DNA of 62,426 bases from Burkholderiales bacterium (GTDB taxonomy: Bacteria > Pseudomonadota > Gammaproteobacteria > Burkholderiales > SG8-39): assembly GCA_035652275.1 (NCBI GenBank), contig DASREB010000356.1, forward strand, positions 1-62,426, given 5' to 3'. The notes beneath the pieces were generated by a model. The model was given only the letters and a program-made list of their open reading frames with translations, had not been told where the DNA came from and ran no database searches. Shown in pieces: positions 8,703 to 18,758 of this stretch. The stretch's first letter is position 1. The number at the start of each line of letters is the position of its first letter. The translations under genes were made by a program, and so were the position numbers.

Positions 8703-9707
8703 ATGCGCGAGGCGTACCATCGGCGCACCGTGAAGCCGCGCCGCCGCTTCCTTGCCGGTGCTCTCGCTCTCGCCGCCGCACCGCTCGCCGCGCAGGAGAA
8801 GCCCAAGGTTCATCGCATCGGCATGCTCGAGTCGGTGCCGATCGGCGCCGCGACCATCAATCTTGGCAACTTCCATCGCGGCATGACCGAGCTCGGCCAC
8901 GAGGAAGGCCGGACTTACCTCGTGCTCTACCGCTCCTCCGACGGCTACGCCGAGCGCTTTCCGGCAATCGCCACCGAGCTGGCGCGCCAGGGCGTCGATG
9001 TGTTTCTGACCCGTGGCACCCCGGCGACCATCGCCGCGCGCGACACCGAAAGCGGCATCCCGGTGGTCGCTTCCGCGGTTGCCGATCCGCTGGAAGCGAA
9101 GCTCGCCGCGAGCCTCGAGAAGCCCGGCGGCCTGGTGACCGGTCTCACCAGCCAGGCGAACGAGCTCGGCGCGAAGCGCGTCGAGCTCCTGAAGGCGCTC
9201 GCGCCGGGCATTCAGCGCGTCGGCACGCTGGTGAATCCCGAGAACCCCGCTTCGGTGGCGATCTGGAAGGCGACCGAGGCGGCGGCGCCGGATCTGAAGC
9301 TCAACGTCGAGGCGATCGATGTGCGCTCGCCCGAAGAGCTGCAGGCGCGGCTCGATGCCGCGGCGAAGTCGGGCATCGACAGCCTGATCGTCGGCGTCGA
9401 GACGCTCGCCCAGTCGATGGTGAACCAGGTGGTGGAGTTCACGCTGCGCCAGCGGCTGCCTTCGGCGTTCGCCTCGCGCAGCTTCGTCGACGCGGGAGGG
9501 CTACTGTCCTACGGCGTGAACTACCCGAACCTCTACTATCGCGCGGCGAGCTACGTCGATCGCATCCTCAAGGGCGCGAAGCCCGGCGAGCTGCCAATCG
9601 AGCGGCCGACCAAGTTCGAGCTGGTGATCAACCGCAAGACCGCACGCGTCCTGAAGATCACCATTCCGCCCGATCTTTTCCTGCGCTCGGACGAAATCAT
9701 CGACTGA
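8703..9707 (+). CDS. ABC transporter substrate-binding protein (ABC_sub_bind/PF04392-like), orphan, Tat-like signal
   Basis: Twin-arginine-like signal KPRRRFLAGALALAAAPLAAQ. Family-typical HRIGML...GNFHRGMTELG...YGVNYPNLYYRAASYVDRILKGAKPGELPIERPTKFELVIN. Confidence 0.7.
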   Translation: MREAYHRRTVKPRRRFLAGALALAAAPLAAQEKPKVHRIGMLESVPIGAATINLGNFHRGMTELGHEEGRTYLVLYRSSDGYAERFPAIATELARQGVDVFLTRGTPATIAARDTESGIPVVASAVADPLEAKLAASLEKPGGLVTGLTSQANELGAKRVELLKALAPGIQRVGTLVNPENPASVAIWKATEAAAPDLKLNVEAIDVRSPEELQARLDAAAKSGIDSLIVGVETLAQSMVNQVVEFTLRQRLPSAFASRSFVDAGGLLSYGVNYPNLYYRAASYVDRILKGAKPGELPIERPTKFELVINRKTARVLKITIPPDLFLRSDEIID

Positions 9708-9755
9708 GCGGCACGCGCTTTGCTCCCTCTGGCGCACCCAACTCCGGAGGTTCCG

Positions 9756-10349
9756 ATGGAAATGGAAATGGTCAAGGAGCTGCTGCTGCAATCGCTCGAG
9801 CACGAGCAGGGCGGCGTCAAGATCTATGAGACGGCGCTCAAGTGCGCGCAGAACGAGGAATTGAAGGAAGAGTGGCAGCGCTATCACCAGGAAACCGAGC
9901 ACCATGTCCAGGTTTTGCACGACGTGCTGTCGCAGATGCAGCTCGATCCGCAGGAGCAGACCCCGGGTCGCAAGATCGTGCACGACATGGGGGCTTCGTT
10001 CGTCGCCGCGATGGAAGCGGCGCTCGGCGCCGGCGATCCCGGGATGGCCGAATGCGTCGCGGCCGAGTGCGTGGTGCTCGCCGAGGAAAAGGACCATTCC
10101 AACTGGCAGCTGATCGGCGAGGTCGCGAAAAAGATGACGGGCGCCGAGGCCAAGGCGCTGAAAGCCGCGTACCAGGAAGTCGAAGACCAGGAAGACGAGC
10201 ACTACTATCATTCCAAAGGCTGGCTGCGCGAGCTTTCGATGCAATCGCTCGGCATGAAGGCGGTGCTGCCGCCGCCCGAAGAGAAGAAGCACGTCAAGAC
10301 CGCGATCGGCCAGGCCCGCGCCGAGCAGTCGCGCACCAAGTCGCACTGA
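9756..10349 (+). CDS. Ferritin-like / four-helix-bundle domain protein (tentative)
   Basis: E/H-rich helical protein (EHEQGGVKIYE, QETEHHVQVLHD, EDQEDEHYYH). Start is chosen at ATG 9756, preceded by GGAGG at 9746-9750. Confidence 0.4.
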   Translation: MEMEMVKELLLQSLEHEQGGVKIYETALKCAQNEELKEEWQRYHQETEHHVQVLHDVLSQMQLDPQEQTPGRKIVHDMGASFVAAMEAALGAGDPGMAECVAAECVVLAEEKDHSNWQLIGEVAKKMTGAEAKALKAAYQEVEDQEDEHYYHSKGWLRELSMQSLGMKAVLPPPEEKKHVKTAIGQARAEQSRTKSH

Positions 10350-10357
10350 GTAAATAG

Positions 10358-10380
10358 AAAGGCCCGCGCAGCGGGCCTTT
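10358..10380. terminator. Bidirectional intrinsic terminator hairpin between convergent genes
   Basis: AAAGGCCCGC-GCA-GCGGGCCTTT forms a perfect 10-bp stem with A/T flanks. It lies between the ferritin-like stop (10349) and the coxM stop (10400). Confidence 0.6.
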
Positions 10381-10399
10381 CAGAAACCAGGGACTGTCC

Positions 10400-11200
10400 C
10401 TATTTAATCGCCTGCTCCACCGCGCGCTTGCACATCACGGTGATGAGATGCGCGCGATATTCGGGCGAGGCGTGCAGGTCGTTGTTGAGCCCGTCGGGCT
10501 TCACCTTGATGCTGGCGACGGCCTCGGGCGCGAACTTCGCGCTGAGCGCCTTCTCCATCTCGGTTTGCCGGAACGCGGCCGATCCGGCGCCGGTCACGCC
10601 GACGCGCACGTTGCCCGAGCCAAAGTCGGCCACGTAGACACCAACCAGCGCGAAGCGCGATGCCGGATTCCTGAACTTCATGTACGCGCCGCGCTTTGGC
10701 GCCTGGAAGGACACGGCGGTGATGAGCTCGCCGGGCTCGAGCGCCGTCTCGTAGAGCCCCTTGAAAAACGAATCGGCGGCGATCTTGCGCTTGTTGGTGG
10801 TGATGGTCGCATTGAGCGCCAGCACGGCCGCGGGATAGTCCGCGGCCGGATCGCTGTTCGCGAGCGAGCCGCCGATCGTGCCCAGGTGCCGCACCTGCCG
10901 GTCGCCGATCAGCCCGGCCATCGCGGCGAGCGACGGAATGGCGCGCTTCACCTCGGCGGAGGCGGCGACATCGGCGTGGCGCGTCATGGCGGCGACCTCG
11001 ACTGCGCCTCCTGACACCTTGATGCCGACGAGCTCCTTGATGGTCCCCAGATCGATCAGATCGCTCGGCGAGGAAAGCCGCAGCTTCATCGCCTGCACCA
11101 GGCTCTGCCCGCCGGCGAGGTACCTGCCTTCGCTCTTCTGTCCGGCGAGCGAGATCGCCTCTTTGCTGCTCGTGGGACGGTGATACTGGAATGCGTGCAT
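10400..11200 (-). CDS. coxM: Molybdoenzyme FAD-binding medium subunit (CoxM / xanthine dehydrogenase family subunit M)
   Basis: FAD-binding motifs AGGQSL and GTIGGSLANSDPAADYP. Size is 266 aa. Confidence 0.85.
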   Translation of the reverse strand: MHAFQYHRPTSSKEAISLAGQKSEGRYLAGGQSLVQAMKLRLSSPSDLIDLGTIKELVGIKVSGGAVEVAAMTRHADVAASAEVKRAIPSLAAMAGLIGDRQVRHLGTIGGSLANSDPAADYPAAVLALNATITTNKRKIAADSFFKGLYETALEPGELITAVSFQAPKRGAYMKFRNPASRFALVGVYVADFGSGNVRVGVTGAGSAAFRQTEMEKALSAKFAPEAVASIKVKPDGLNNDLHASPEYRAHLITVMCKRAVEQAIK

Positions 11201-11209
11201 GAGGTTCTC

Positions 11210-13549
11210 CTAGGCTCTGTGCATGGCGCGCCACACGTTCTGCGCCGTGGCGGGCATCGGAACATCCTTGACGCCGAGCGCGTCGGTGATCGCGTTCATC
11301 ACCGCGGCCGGCGCGCCGATCGCGCCGGCCTCGCCGCAGCCCTTCACGCCGAGCGGGTTGTGCGTGCAGGGCGTCTCGCGCGTGTCGATCTTGAACATCG
11401 GCACGTCGTTCGCTCGCGGGATGCAATAGTCGGTGAGCGAGCCGGTGAGGAGCTGGCCGGTCTCATCGTAGGCGCAGCCTTCGGTGAGCGCCTGGCCGAT
11501 GCCCTGCGTGAGGCCGCCGTGCACCTGGCCCTCGACGATCATCGGGTTGATCACCTTGCCGAAATCGTCGACCGCCGTGAACGAGGCGATCTGCGTATTG
11601 CCCGTTTCCCGATCCACCTCCACCTCGCAGACGTAGCTTCCCGCCGGGAAGGTGAAGTTGGTCGGATCGTAGAACGCGTTCTCGTTCAAGCCCGGCTCGA
11701 GCTTGTCGAGCGGGTAGTTGTGCGGCACATACGCGGCGAACGCCACCTCGCCGAAGGTTTTTTTCTTGTCGGTGCCCGCCACGCGGAACACGCCCCTGTC
11801 GTACTCGATGTCGCCCTCGGACGCTTCCAGCAAATGGGCGGCGATCTTCTTCCCTTTGGCGACGATCTTGTCCATCGCCTTGACGATGGCCGTGCCGCCC
11901 ACTGCGATCGAGCGCGAGCCGTACGTGCCCATGCCGAAGAGGATCTTCGAGGTGTCGCCGTGCACGATCTCAACCTGCTCGATGCTCAAGCCCAGCCGAT
12001 CGGCCACCACCTGCGCGAACGTCGTCTCGTGCCCCTGCCCATGCGAGTGCGAGCCGGTGAAGACGGTGACCGTGCCGGTCGGATGCACGCGGATCTCGCC
12101 CGCTTCGAACAGTCCGGCGCGCGCGCCGAGGCTGCCGGCGACGTTCGACGGCGCGATGCCGCAGGCCTCGATATAGCACGCGTAGCCCAGGCCACGCAGC
12201 TTGCCGCGACGTAGCGATTGCTCGCGCCGCTCCTTGAAGCCGGCGACATCGCCGATCTTGATCGCCGCCGCGAGCGTCGCTTCGTAGTTGCCGGTGTCGT
12301 AACAGAGCGCGACCGGCGTCTGGTACGGGAACTGGCGTATGAAGTTCTTGCGGCGCAGCTCCGCCGGGTCGAGCTTCATCTCGCGCGCCGCGGTTTCCAC
12401 CAGCCGCTCCACCACGTACGTCGCCTCGGGGCGTCCGGCGCCTCGATAGGCGTCGACCGGGGTGGTGTTGGTGAAGACTGCGGTGACTTCGCAGTAGATC
12501 GCCGGCGTGGTGTATTGCCCGGCGAGCAGCGTGGCGTAGAGGATCGTCGGGATGCAGGAGGCGAACGTCGAGAGATACGCGCCCATATTGGCGGTGGTGC
12601 GTACGCGCATCGCGAGGAACTTGCCGTCGCTTCCGAGCGCGAGCTCCGCCACGGTCAGATGGTCGCGGCCGTGCGCGTCCGAGAGGAACGCTTCCGAGCG
12701 GTCCGCAGTCCATTTCACCGGCCGCGCCAGCTGCCTTGCGGCCCAGGTGCAGGCGACGTCTTCGGCGTACAGATAGATCTTGCTGCCAAAGCCGCCGCCG
12801 ACATCGGGCGCCACCACGCGCACCTTGTTCTCCGGCAGCCCGAGCACGAACGCGGTCATCAGCAGCCGCTCGACGTGCGGATTCTGGCTCGCGACGTAGA
12901 GCGTGGTGCTGTCGTCTGCCCGCGAGTAGACCGCGTTCACCGCGCGCGGCTCGATCGCATTGGGCACGAGGCGGTTGTTCACGAACTCGAGCTTCGTGAC
13001 GTGCGCGGCCTTGGCGAACGCGGCGTCGACGGCGTTCTTGTCGCCGAGCGCCCACACATAGCAGGTATTGTCGGGCGCGCTCTCGTGCAGCGCCGGGCCC
13101 TTCTTCGCCTGCGCCACGCTCACCACCGCCGGCAATGGCTGGTAGTCGACTTCCACGACGTCCGCGGCATCGCGCGCTTGCGCGGCGGTCTCGGCGACCA
13201 CGATGGCGACGCGCTCGCCGACGTGCCGTACCTTGCCTTGCGCGAGCGCCGGGTACGGCGGCTCCTTCATCGGCTGGCCGTTGACATCGGTAATCAGCCA
13301 GCCGCAGGGCAGGCCGCCGACTTTCGCAGCGGCGAGATCCGCACCCGTGTAGACCGCGATGACGCCCGGCGCGCGCTTCGCCTTGTCGGTCTTTACCGAG
13401 CGAACGACGGCGTGCGCGTGCGGCGAGCGCACGAACGCCGCGTAGGTCTGGCCGGGAAGCGCGACGTCGTCAGTGTATTGGCCTGAACCGGTAAGGAAGC
13501 GGTAGTCTTCCTTGCGAGGAACACGCGCGCCGATCAGCGATGTGGTCAT
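11210..13549 (-). CDS. coxL: Molybdopterin-binding large subunit, form-II CoxL-like (aerobic CODH/xanthine dehydrogenase family)
   Basis: 779 aa. The active-site loop reads [13 protein letters not shown], which is the form-II AYRGAGR motif and not the form-I AYxCSFR motif. C-terminal [14 protein letters not shown] is present. Confidence 0.85.
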   Translation of the reverse strand: MTTSLIGARVPRKEDYRFLTGSGQYTDDVALPGQTYAAFVRSPHAHAVVRSVKTDKAKRAPGVIAVYTGADLAAAKVGGLPCGWLITDVNGQPMKEPPYPALAQGKVRHVGERVAIVVAETAAQARDAADVVEVDYQPLPAVVSVAQAKKGPALHESAPDNTCYVWALGDKNAVDAAFAKAAHVTKLEFVNNRLVPNAIEPRAVNAVYSRADDSTTLYVASQNPHVERLLMTAFVLGLPENKVRVVAPDVGGGFGSKIYLYAEDVACTWAARQLARPVKWTADRSEAFLSDAHGRDHLTVAELALGSDGKFLAMRVRTTANMGAYLSTFASCIPTILYATLLAGQYTTPAIYCEVTAVFTNTTPVDAYRGAGRPEATYVVERLVETAAREMKLDPAELRRKNFIRQFPYQTPVALCYDTGNYEATLAAAIKIGDVAGFKERREQSLRRGKLRGLGYACYIEACGIAPSNVAGSLGARAGLFEAGEIRVHPTGTVTVFTGSHSHGQGHETTFAQVVADRLGLSIEQVEIVHGDTSKILFGMGTYGSRSIAVGGTAIVKAMDKIVAKGKKIAAHLLEASEGDIEYDRGVFRVAGTDKKKTFGEVAFAAYVPHNYPLDKLEPGLNENAFYDPTNFTFPAGSYVCEVEVDRETGNTQIASFTAVDDFGKVINPMIVEGQVHGGLTQGIGQALTEGCAYDETGQLLTGSLTDYCIPRANDVPMFKIDTRETPCTHNPLGVKGCGEAGAIGAPAAVMNAITDALGVKDVPMPATAQNVWRAMHRA

Positions 13550-13561
13550 AGCGTGCCTCCA

Positions 13562-14041
13562 TTATTTCGAGCCGGCCATGGCGCGTGCGCCCGCCATGAT
13601 GCTCTTGACGATGTTGTGGTAGCCGGTGCAGCGGCAAAGGTTGCCTTCGAGGCTCTCGCGCACTTCCTCCTCGGAGGGATTCGGGTGGCTCTTGGCGAAA
13701 TCGAGCGCGTTCATCACCATGCCCGGGGTGCAGAAGCCGCATTGCAGGCCGTGGTTTTCCTTAAATGCCGCTTGCATCGGATGCAAGGTTCCGTCGGGGT
13801 GTGCGACGCCTTCGATCGTGAGAATATCGGCGCCTTCGGCCTGCATCGCCACGATCGAACAGCTCTTGATCGCTTTGCCGTTCAGGTGCACGGTGCACGC
13901 GCCGCACTGCGCCGTGTCGCAGCCGACGTGCGTGCCGGTAAGGCGCAGGTTTTCGCGGATGAAGCTAACGAGGAGTGTCCGTTCCTCGATGTCCGCGGAC
14001 ACCGGCTTGCCATTGACTTTCATGGATACGCGTACCGACAT
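13562..14041 (-). CDS. coxS: [2Fe-2S]-binding small subunit (CoxS-like)
   Basis: Cysteine clusters [12 protein letters not shown] and CGFCTPG...CRCTGY. Start is trimmed to [11 protein letters not shown] (ATG 14041). Confidence 0.85.
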   Translation of the reverse strand: MSVRVSMKVNGKPVSADIEERTLLVSFIRENLRLTGTHVGCDTAQCGACTVHLNGKAIKSCSIVAMQAEGADILTIEGVAHPDGTLHPMQAAFKENHGLQCGFCTPGMVMNALDFAKSHPNPSEEEVRESLEGNLCRCTGYHNIVKSIMAGARAMAGSK

Positions 14042-14119
14042 GCGGGGCTCCTCCTCAGGATTGCATAGCGGGGGAGGGAAATCGTAGCATTTCCCGCGAA
14101 CCAATTAGGCCATCTGCTC

Positions 14120-14806
14120 ATGAGATTGCTGATCGTTGAGGACGACGCGCCGCTCGCCTCGGGGCTGCGCCGCATTCTGGAAGCCGAAGGGCACGCCGTC
14201 GACGTCACTTCGCGCGGCGAGCAGGCGGTGCTCGCCGCGGCGCAGGAGCGCTTCGACCTGGTGATCCTCGACATCGGGCTGCCGCAGATGGACGGCTTCG
14301 AGGTGCTGCGGCGCCTGCGCGGCGGCTCGCCGGAGAAGAACGGCCCGATGCCGGTGCTGGTGCTCACGGCGCGCGATGCGGTCGATGACCGCGTGCGCGG
14401 TCTCGATCTCGGCGCGGACGACTACATGGTGAAGCCATTCGCGATGCCGGAGCTCACCGCGCGCGTGCGCGCGCTGCTGCGGCGCTCGCAGGCGCACGGC
14501 GGGCCGCGCATCGTGCACGGGCCGCTCGCGCTGGATACCGTGGCGCGGCGCGCGTTCCTCAAGAACGAACCGCTGGAGCTCGCGGCGCGAGAGTGGGCGG
14601 TGCTGGAGGTGTTGCTCGGCAAGGTGGAGAAGATCGTCTCCAAGGAGGCGATCATCCAGGCGGTTGCCGGCTGGGGCGACGATCTCTCGCCGAACGCGAT
14701 CGAAGTCTACGTTTCGCGGCTGCGCTCCAAGCTCGAGCCCGCCGGCATCAAGATCCGCACCGTGCGCGGCTTCGGCTACATGCTGGAAGAATACAAGGGA
14801 GCGTAA
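14120..14806 (+). CDS. OmpR-family response regulator (TctD/QseB-like)
   Basis: Receiver domain MRLLIVEDD...DLVILDIGLP. Winged-helix C-terminus IEVYVSRLRSKLE...IRTVRGFGYML. Confidence 0.85.
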   Translation: MRLLIVEDDAPLASGLRRILEAEGHAVDVTSRGEQAVLAAAQERFDLVILDIGLPQMDGFEVLRRLRGGSPEKNGPMPVLVLTARDAVDDRVRGLDLGADDYMVKPFAMPELTARVRALLRRSQAHGGPRIVHGPLALDTVARRAFLKNEPLELAAREWAVLEVLLGKVEKIVSKEAIIQAVAGWGDDLSPNAIEVYVSRLRSKLEPAGIKIRTVRGFGYMLEEYKGA

Positions 14807-14809
14807 GCC

Positions 14810-16192
14810 ATGGCTGCCCGCAGCCTCCGCGCGCATCTGCTGCGGATGCTGCTCCCGCCGATCGGCGCGCTGCTCGTGCTCGGCGCGCTCGTCGCCTATT
14901 ACCCGTCGCTCGAGCCTGCGACCACGGCGTACGACCAGGGCCTGATCGACGCCGGTATCTCGCTCGGCACCTACATCCACACCGCAGAGGGCGGATACCG
15001 CCTCGAGCTGCCGAGCGCCGTCGACCAGGTCCTGCGGCGCGACAGCTACGACAGCGTGTATTACCGCGTGCTTGGCCCCAATGGCGAGGCGATCGCCGGC
15101 GACGATGGCCTGCCGGGGCCGCCGCCCGAGCGGGAGTTGCGCGACGGCTTCATCTCGTATGACACGGCGTACAAGGGGCAGAAGATCCGCGCGGTGGCGG
15201 TGCCGGCGAAGTGCGGCGAGGCCGCCTGCAGCGTGGTGGTCGCCGAAACCACGGTGAAACGCCGGCGCATGACGCGCGACATCCTGTTCTCGTCGCTGCT
15301 GCCCGAGATACTGATCGCCATCGCCACCGTGCTGATCGTCTGGTTCGGCGTGAAGCGCGGCCTCGGGCCGCTCGCGCGGCTCTCCGACGAGATCAAGAAG
15401 CGCTCGCCCGGCGACCTGCGCCCGATCGCCGCCGCCGACACGCCGGAAGAGGCGCGCCCGCTGGTGAGCGCGCTGAACGGCCTTCTCGACGAGGTGGCGC
15501 AGGCGAGCCGCAACCAGCAGCGCTTCCTCGCCAATGCCGCGCACCAGCTGCGCACGCCGCTCGCCGGCCTGCAGGCGCACACCGAGCTCGCGCTCGCAAA
15601 GCCGCTGCCGACGGAGGTGCGCGCGGAGCTCGAGCAGGTGCATCAATCGACCATTCGCACGGCGCGCCTTGCGAATCAGCTGCTCGCGCTCGCGCGCGCC
15701 GAGCCCGGTGCGCGTGGCAACGCCGCCGAGCTCAACCTTAAGGCGCTCGCCGAGAGCGAAGCGGACGGCTGGGTGCACCAGGCGCTCGCACGCGACGTCG
15801 ATCTCGGCTTCGAGCTCGAGTGGGCGCCGGTGCAGGGCGATGCGTTCCTCCTGCGCGAGGCGCTCGCCAACCTCGTGCACAACGCGATCGAGTACTCGCC
15901 GCGCGGCGCACGCGTCACCGTGCGTACCGGCCGCAATGGCACGCACTCGTTCCTCGAGGTGGAAGACGACGGCCCCGGCATCCCGGCGCCCGAGCGCGAG
16001 CGCGTTCTCGAGCGCTTCTACCGCGTGCCCGGCACCCCGGGCACCGGCTCGGGCCTCGGCCTTGCCATCGTGCGCGAGATCGCCGCCGGACATGGCGCGA
16101 GCATTTCCATTACGGATGCAACAGGTGGCGCGTCTGCGAGCTCGTCCGGAACTAAGGGCTGCCGCGTTGCGATAACATTTCCGCATGGATAG
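14810..16192 (+). CDS. Sensor histidine kinase (TctE-like), partner of 14120-14806
   Basis: H-box AAHQLRTPLAGL, N-box LVHNAIEYSP, G1 DDGPGIP, G2 [11 protein letters not shown]. Two TM segments flank a periplasmic loop. Confidence 0.8.
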   Translation: MAARSLRAHLLRMLLPPIGALLVLGALVAYYPSLEPATTAYDQGLIDAGISLGTYIHTAEGGYRLELPSAVDQVLRRDSYDSVYYRVLGPNGEAIAGDDGLPGPPPERELRDGFISYDTAYKGQKIRAVAVPAKCGEAACSVVVAETTVKRRRMTRDILFSSLLPEILIAIATVLIVWFGVKRGLGPLARLSDEIKKRSPGDLRPIAAADTPEEARPLVSALNGLLDEVAQASRNQQRFLANAAHQLRTPLAGLQAHTELALAKPLPTEVRAELEQVHQSTIRTARLANQLLALARAEPGARGNAAELNLKALAESEADGWVHQALARDVDLGFELEWAPVQGDAFLLREALANLVHNAIEYSPRGARVTVRTGRNGTHSFLEVEDDGPGIPAPERERVLERFYRVPGTPGTGSGLGLAIVREIAAGHGASISITDATGGASASSSGTKGCRVAITFPHG

Positions 16193-17204
16193 CGTCGATA
16201 TCGAAGTACTGCGCACCGCTGAAGCCTGGCGCAAGCAAGGCCGGCATGTCGCGCTCGGCACGATCGTGAAAACGTGGGGCTCGGCGCCGCGGCCGGTCGG
16301 CGCCATGGTCGCCATCCGCGACGACGGGCAAGTGGCGGGCTCGGTATCGGGCGGTTGCGTGGAAGACGATCTGATCGAGAAGGTGCGCTCGAAGGCAGTC
16401 GCCGCGCAGAAGCCGCAGCTCGTCACTTACGGTGTGACGAATGAGGAAGCCACGCGCTGGGGCCTGCCGTGCGGGGGCACGCTGCAGCTCGTGGTCGAGC
16501 CGGTGAGCGAGCAAACGCGCATTCCCGAGCTCCTCGAGCGCATCGGCAAGCAGCAGCTCGTGCGCCGCAAGCTCGACATGGACTCGGGGCGCGCCACGCT
16601 CGAGCCCGGGCGCTGGCAGGACGTGCTCGAATTCGACGGCCGCGTGCTCTCGTCGGTGCATGGCCCGCGCTGGCGGCTGGTACTGATCGGTGCGGGTCAG
16701 CTCACGACCTACCTCGCCGAGATGGCGCGCATGCTCGACTACCACGTGGTGGTCATCGATCCGCGCGAGGAGTATGCCGCGAGCTGGGACGTCGAGGCCG
16801 TGCCGATCAACCGCGGCATGCCCGACGATGTGGTCCGCGAGCTCGAGCTCGACGGGCACAGCGCGCTGGTCGCGCTGACCCACGATCCGAAGCTCGACGA
16901 TCTCGCGCTGATGGAAGCGCTGAAATCCGCCGCGTTCTACGTCGGCGCCATCGGCTCGAAGAAGAATAACGACGCGCGGCGCGAGCGCCTGAAGGAATTC
17001 GACGTCTCGGCCGAGGAGATCGCCCGGCTGCGCGGCCCGGTGGGCCTCTACATCGGCTCGAAGACACCGCCGGAGATCGCCGTCGCCATCCTCGCGGAGA
17101 TGACGGCCGTGCGCCACGGCGTGAGCGAGCCGAGCTGGGCGGCGAAGCCCGAGCGGCGCTTCGACGCCTCCGCCTGCGAAGTCCCGGCCAAGCAACCGAC
17201 TTGA
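16185..17204 (+). CDS. xdhC: XdhC/CoxI family molybdoenzyme maturation protein
   Basis: XdhC N-domain (RHVALGTIVKTWGSAPRPVGAMVAI...GSVSGGCVE). Rossmann part (RLVLIGAGQL...ALVALTHDPKLDD...FYVGAIGS). Overlaps the HK stop by 8 nt. Confidence 0.8.
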   Translation: MDSVDIEVLRTAEAWRKQGRHVALGTIVKTWGSAPRPVGAMVAIRDDGQVAGSVSGGCVEDDLIEKVRSKAVAAQKPQLVTYGVTNEEATRWGLPCGGTLQLVVEPVSEQTRIPELLERIGKQQLVRRKLDMDSGRATLEPGRWQDVLEFDGRVLSSVHGPRWRLVLIGAGQLTTYLAEMARMLDYHVVVIDPREEYAASWDVEAVPINRGMPDDVVRELELDGHSALVALTHDPKLDDLALMEALKSAAFYVGAIGSKKNNDARRERLKEFDVSAEEIARLRGPVGLYIGSKTPPEIAVAILAEMTAVRHGVSEPSWAAKPERRFDASACEVPAKQPT

Positions 17205-17773
17205 ACATCGTCGGCCTGCTGCTCGCGGCCGGCTCCGCCACGCGCTTCGGTTCCGACAAGCTGCGCCACGCCTTGCCGCACGGTGTGCCGATCGCGGTGC
17301 AGGCGGCGCGTCATTTGCGCGCCGAGTTGCCTCGCGTGCTGGTGGTCGTGCGCAACCGCGAGGCCGAGGCGACATTTCGCGCCGAGCGCTGCGAGACGGT
17401 GGTGTGCGAGAACGCTGAGCAAGGCATGGGCGCGAGCCTCGCCTGCGCGGCGCGGGCGGCGGGCAAGGCGCAGGGCTATATCGTCGCGCTCGCCGACATG
17501 CCGTTCGTGCGTCCGACGACGATCGCGGCGGTGCGCGAGGCGCTCGAGCGCGGCGCGCTGCTCGCGGCGCCGTACTTTCGCGCCCGGCGCGGCCATCCGG
17601 TGGGCATTGCCGGGCGCTACTACGAGGAGCTCATCTCACTCGGCGGCGATGAGGGCGCGAAGCGCCTGCTCGCCGCCAATGAAGCGCAGCTCGTGAAAAT
17701 TCCGGTGGGCGACCCGGGCGTGATTCGCGACATTGACCGTCCCGAGGATCTGGCGCCGCCGATCCGCACCTAG
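17201..17773 (+). CDS. mocA: MobA/MocA-like molybdenum cofactor nucleotidyl(cytidylyl)transferase
   Basis: N-terminal GLLLAAGSATRFGSDKL motif. TTG start overlaps the xdhC stop (TTGA). Context is an MCD-cofactor enzyme. Confidence 0.65.
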   Translation: MNIVGLLLAAGSATRFGSDKLRHALPHGVPIAVQAARHLRAELPRVLVVVRNREAEATFRAERCETVVCENAEQGMGASLACAARAAGKAQGYIVALADMPFVRPTTIAAVREALERGALLAAPYFRARRGHPVGIAGRYYEELISLGGDEGAKRLLAANEAQLVKIPVGDPGVIRDIDRPEDLAPPIRT

Positions 17774-17780
17774 GAGGACC

Positions 17781-18758
17781 ATGGAACCGCTGCCGAAGGG
17801 CGCGAACTTCATCCGCGCCAAATTCCTGTGGGAGATCGGCCTGCACATCGCGGGCGACCCGGCCGAGCCGTATTACGGCAACCGCGACGTCTGCATCAGC
17901 GTGGGCTCGGGCTCGGGCGAGCGCTACAAGCCGTGGCTGCGCATGTCGAGCGGCTCGCCGATCCTCGCGCACGCGGTGGCGCGCGGCGAGCTGGAGGCCG
18001 CCATCGTCAATCCGTCGGCGCTGCTGACGCAGGCGGTGCGTGGCCGCGGCCTGTTCAGGGAGCCTTTGCCCCTCAGCATCGTCGCGAACTATCCCTCGTG
18101 GGACCGCTTCGTGTTCGCGCTGCATCCGCGACTTGGCATCAAGTCGCTCGCCGACGTGAAGGCGAAGCGCATTGCGCTACGCCTTTCCACCCGCGAAGAT
18201 CCGACGCACTCGACGCGCTGCCTGATCGATCAGGCGCTCGCGCTCTATGGTTTCTCGATCGCGGAGCTCGAGCGCTGGGGCGGCAGCCTGCAGCTGAACG
18301 GCGGCCCGGGCGATGCGCGCCGCCTGAAAGCCATTACCGAAGGCAGCGTCGACGCGGTCTTCGACGAGGGGCTCGCGCTCTGGCTCGAGCAGGCGCTCGT
18401 GGCGGGCTACCGCCCGCTCACCCTCGAGCCCGAAATCTTCCGGCAGCTCGGTGAGCTCGGCTGGCGGCGCGTGGTGATGCCGAAAGGAATCTACCGCGGG
18501 CTCGACGCCGATCATGCGTGCATCGACTACAGCGCCTGGCCGCTCTATGCGCGCAGCGACCTGCCGGAGGAAATGGGCTACCGCATGGTCGATGCGATCC
18601 ACGCGCGGGAGGCCGAGATCGTCTGGGAAAACTTCAACCAGTGGGCGCCATACAAGGGCATCGGGGCGCTCGGTGAGGAAACCGAGGCGACGCCGCGCGA
18701 CGTGCCGCTGCACGCCGGCGCCGCGCGCTGGTTCCGCGAGCACGGCTACAAGGTCTAA
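17781..18758 (+). CDS. TAXI/NMT1-like periplasmic-binding-fold protein without a signal peptide
   Basis: C-terminal VPLHAGAARWFREHGY resembles the TAXI TRAP-receptor C-terminus. No hydrophobic N-terminus. Strong AGGAGG lies 4 nt upstream of ATG 17781. Confidence 0.45.
   Translation: MEPLPKGANFIRAKFLWEIGLHIAGDPAEPYYGNRDVCISVGSGSGERYKPWLRMSSGSPILAHAVARGELEAAIVNPSALLTQAVRGRGLFREPLPLSIVANYPSWDRFVFALHPRLGIKSLADVKAKRIALRLSTREDPTHSTRCLIDQALALYGFSIAELERWGGSLQLNGGPGDARRLKAITEGSVDAVFDEGLALWLEQALVAGYRPLTLEPEIFRQLGELGWRRVVMPKGIYRGLDADHACIDYSAWPLYARSDLPEEMGYRMVDAIHAREAEIVWENFNQWAPYKGIGALGEETEATPRDVPLHAGAARWFREHGYKV

Noticed and set aside
10400-14041. Annotating coxSLM as a genuine aerobic carbon monoxide dehydrogenase.
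   Set aside because: The active-site loop is AYRGAGR and the order is S-L-M, both form-II hallmarks. The form-I AYxCSFR motif is absent.
14105-16426. A 773-aa ORF on the minus strand spanning the response regulator, kinase and xdhC region.
   Set aside because: It is antisense to three genes with clear domain motifs. Its translation is Arg/Ala/His-rich low complexity, typical of shadow ORFs in high-GC DNA.
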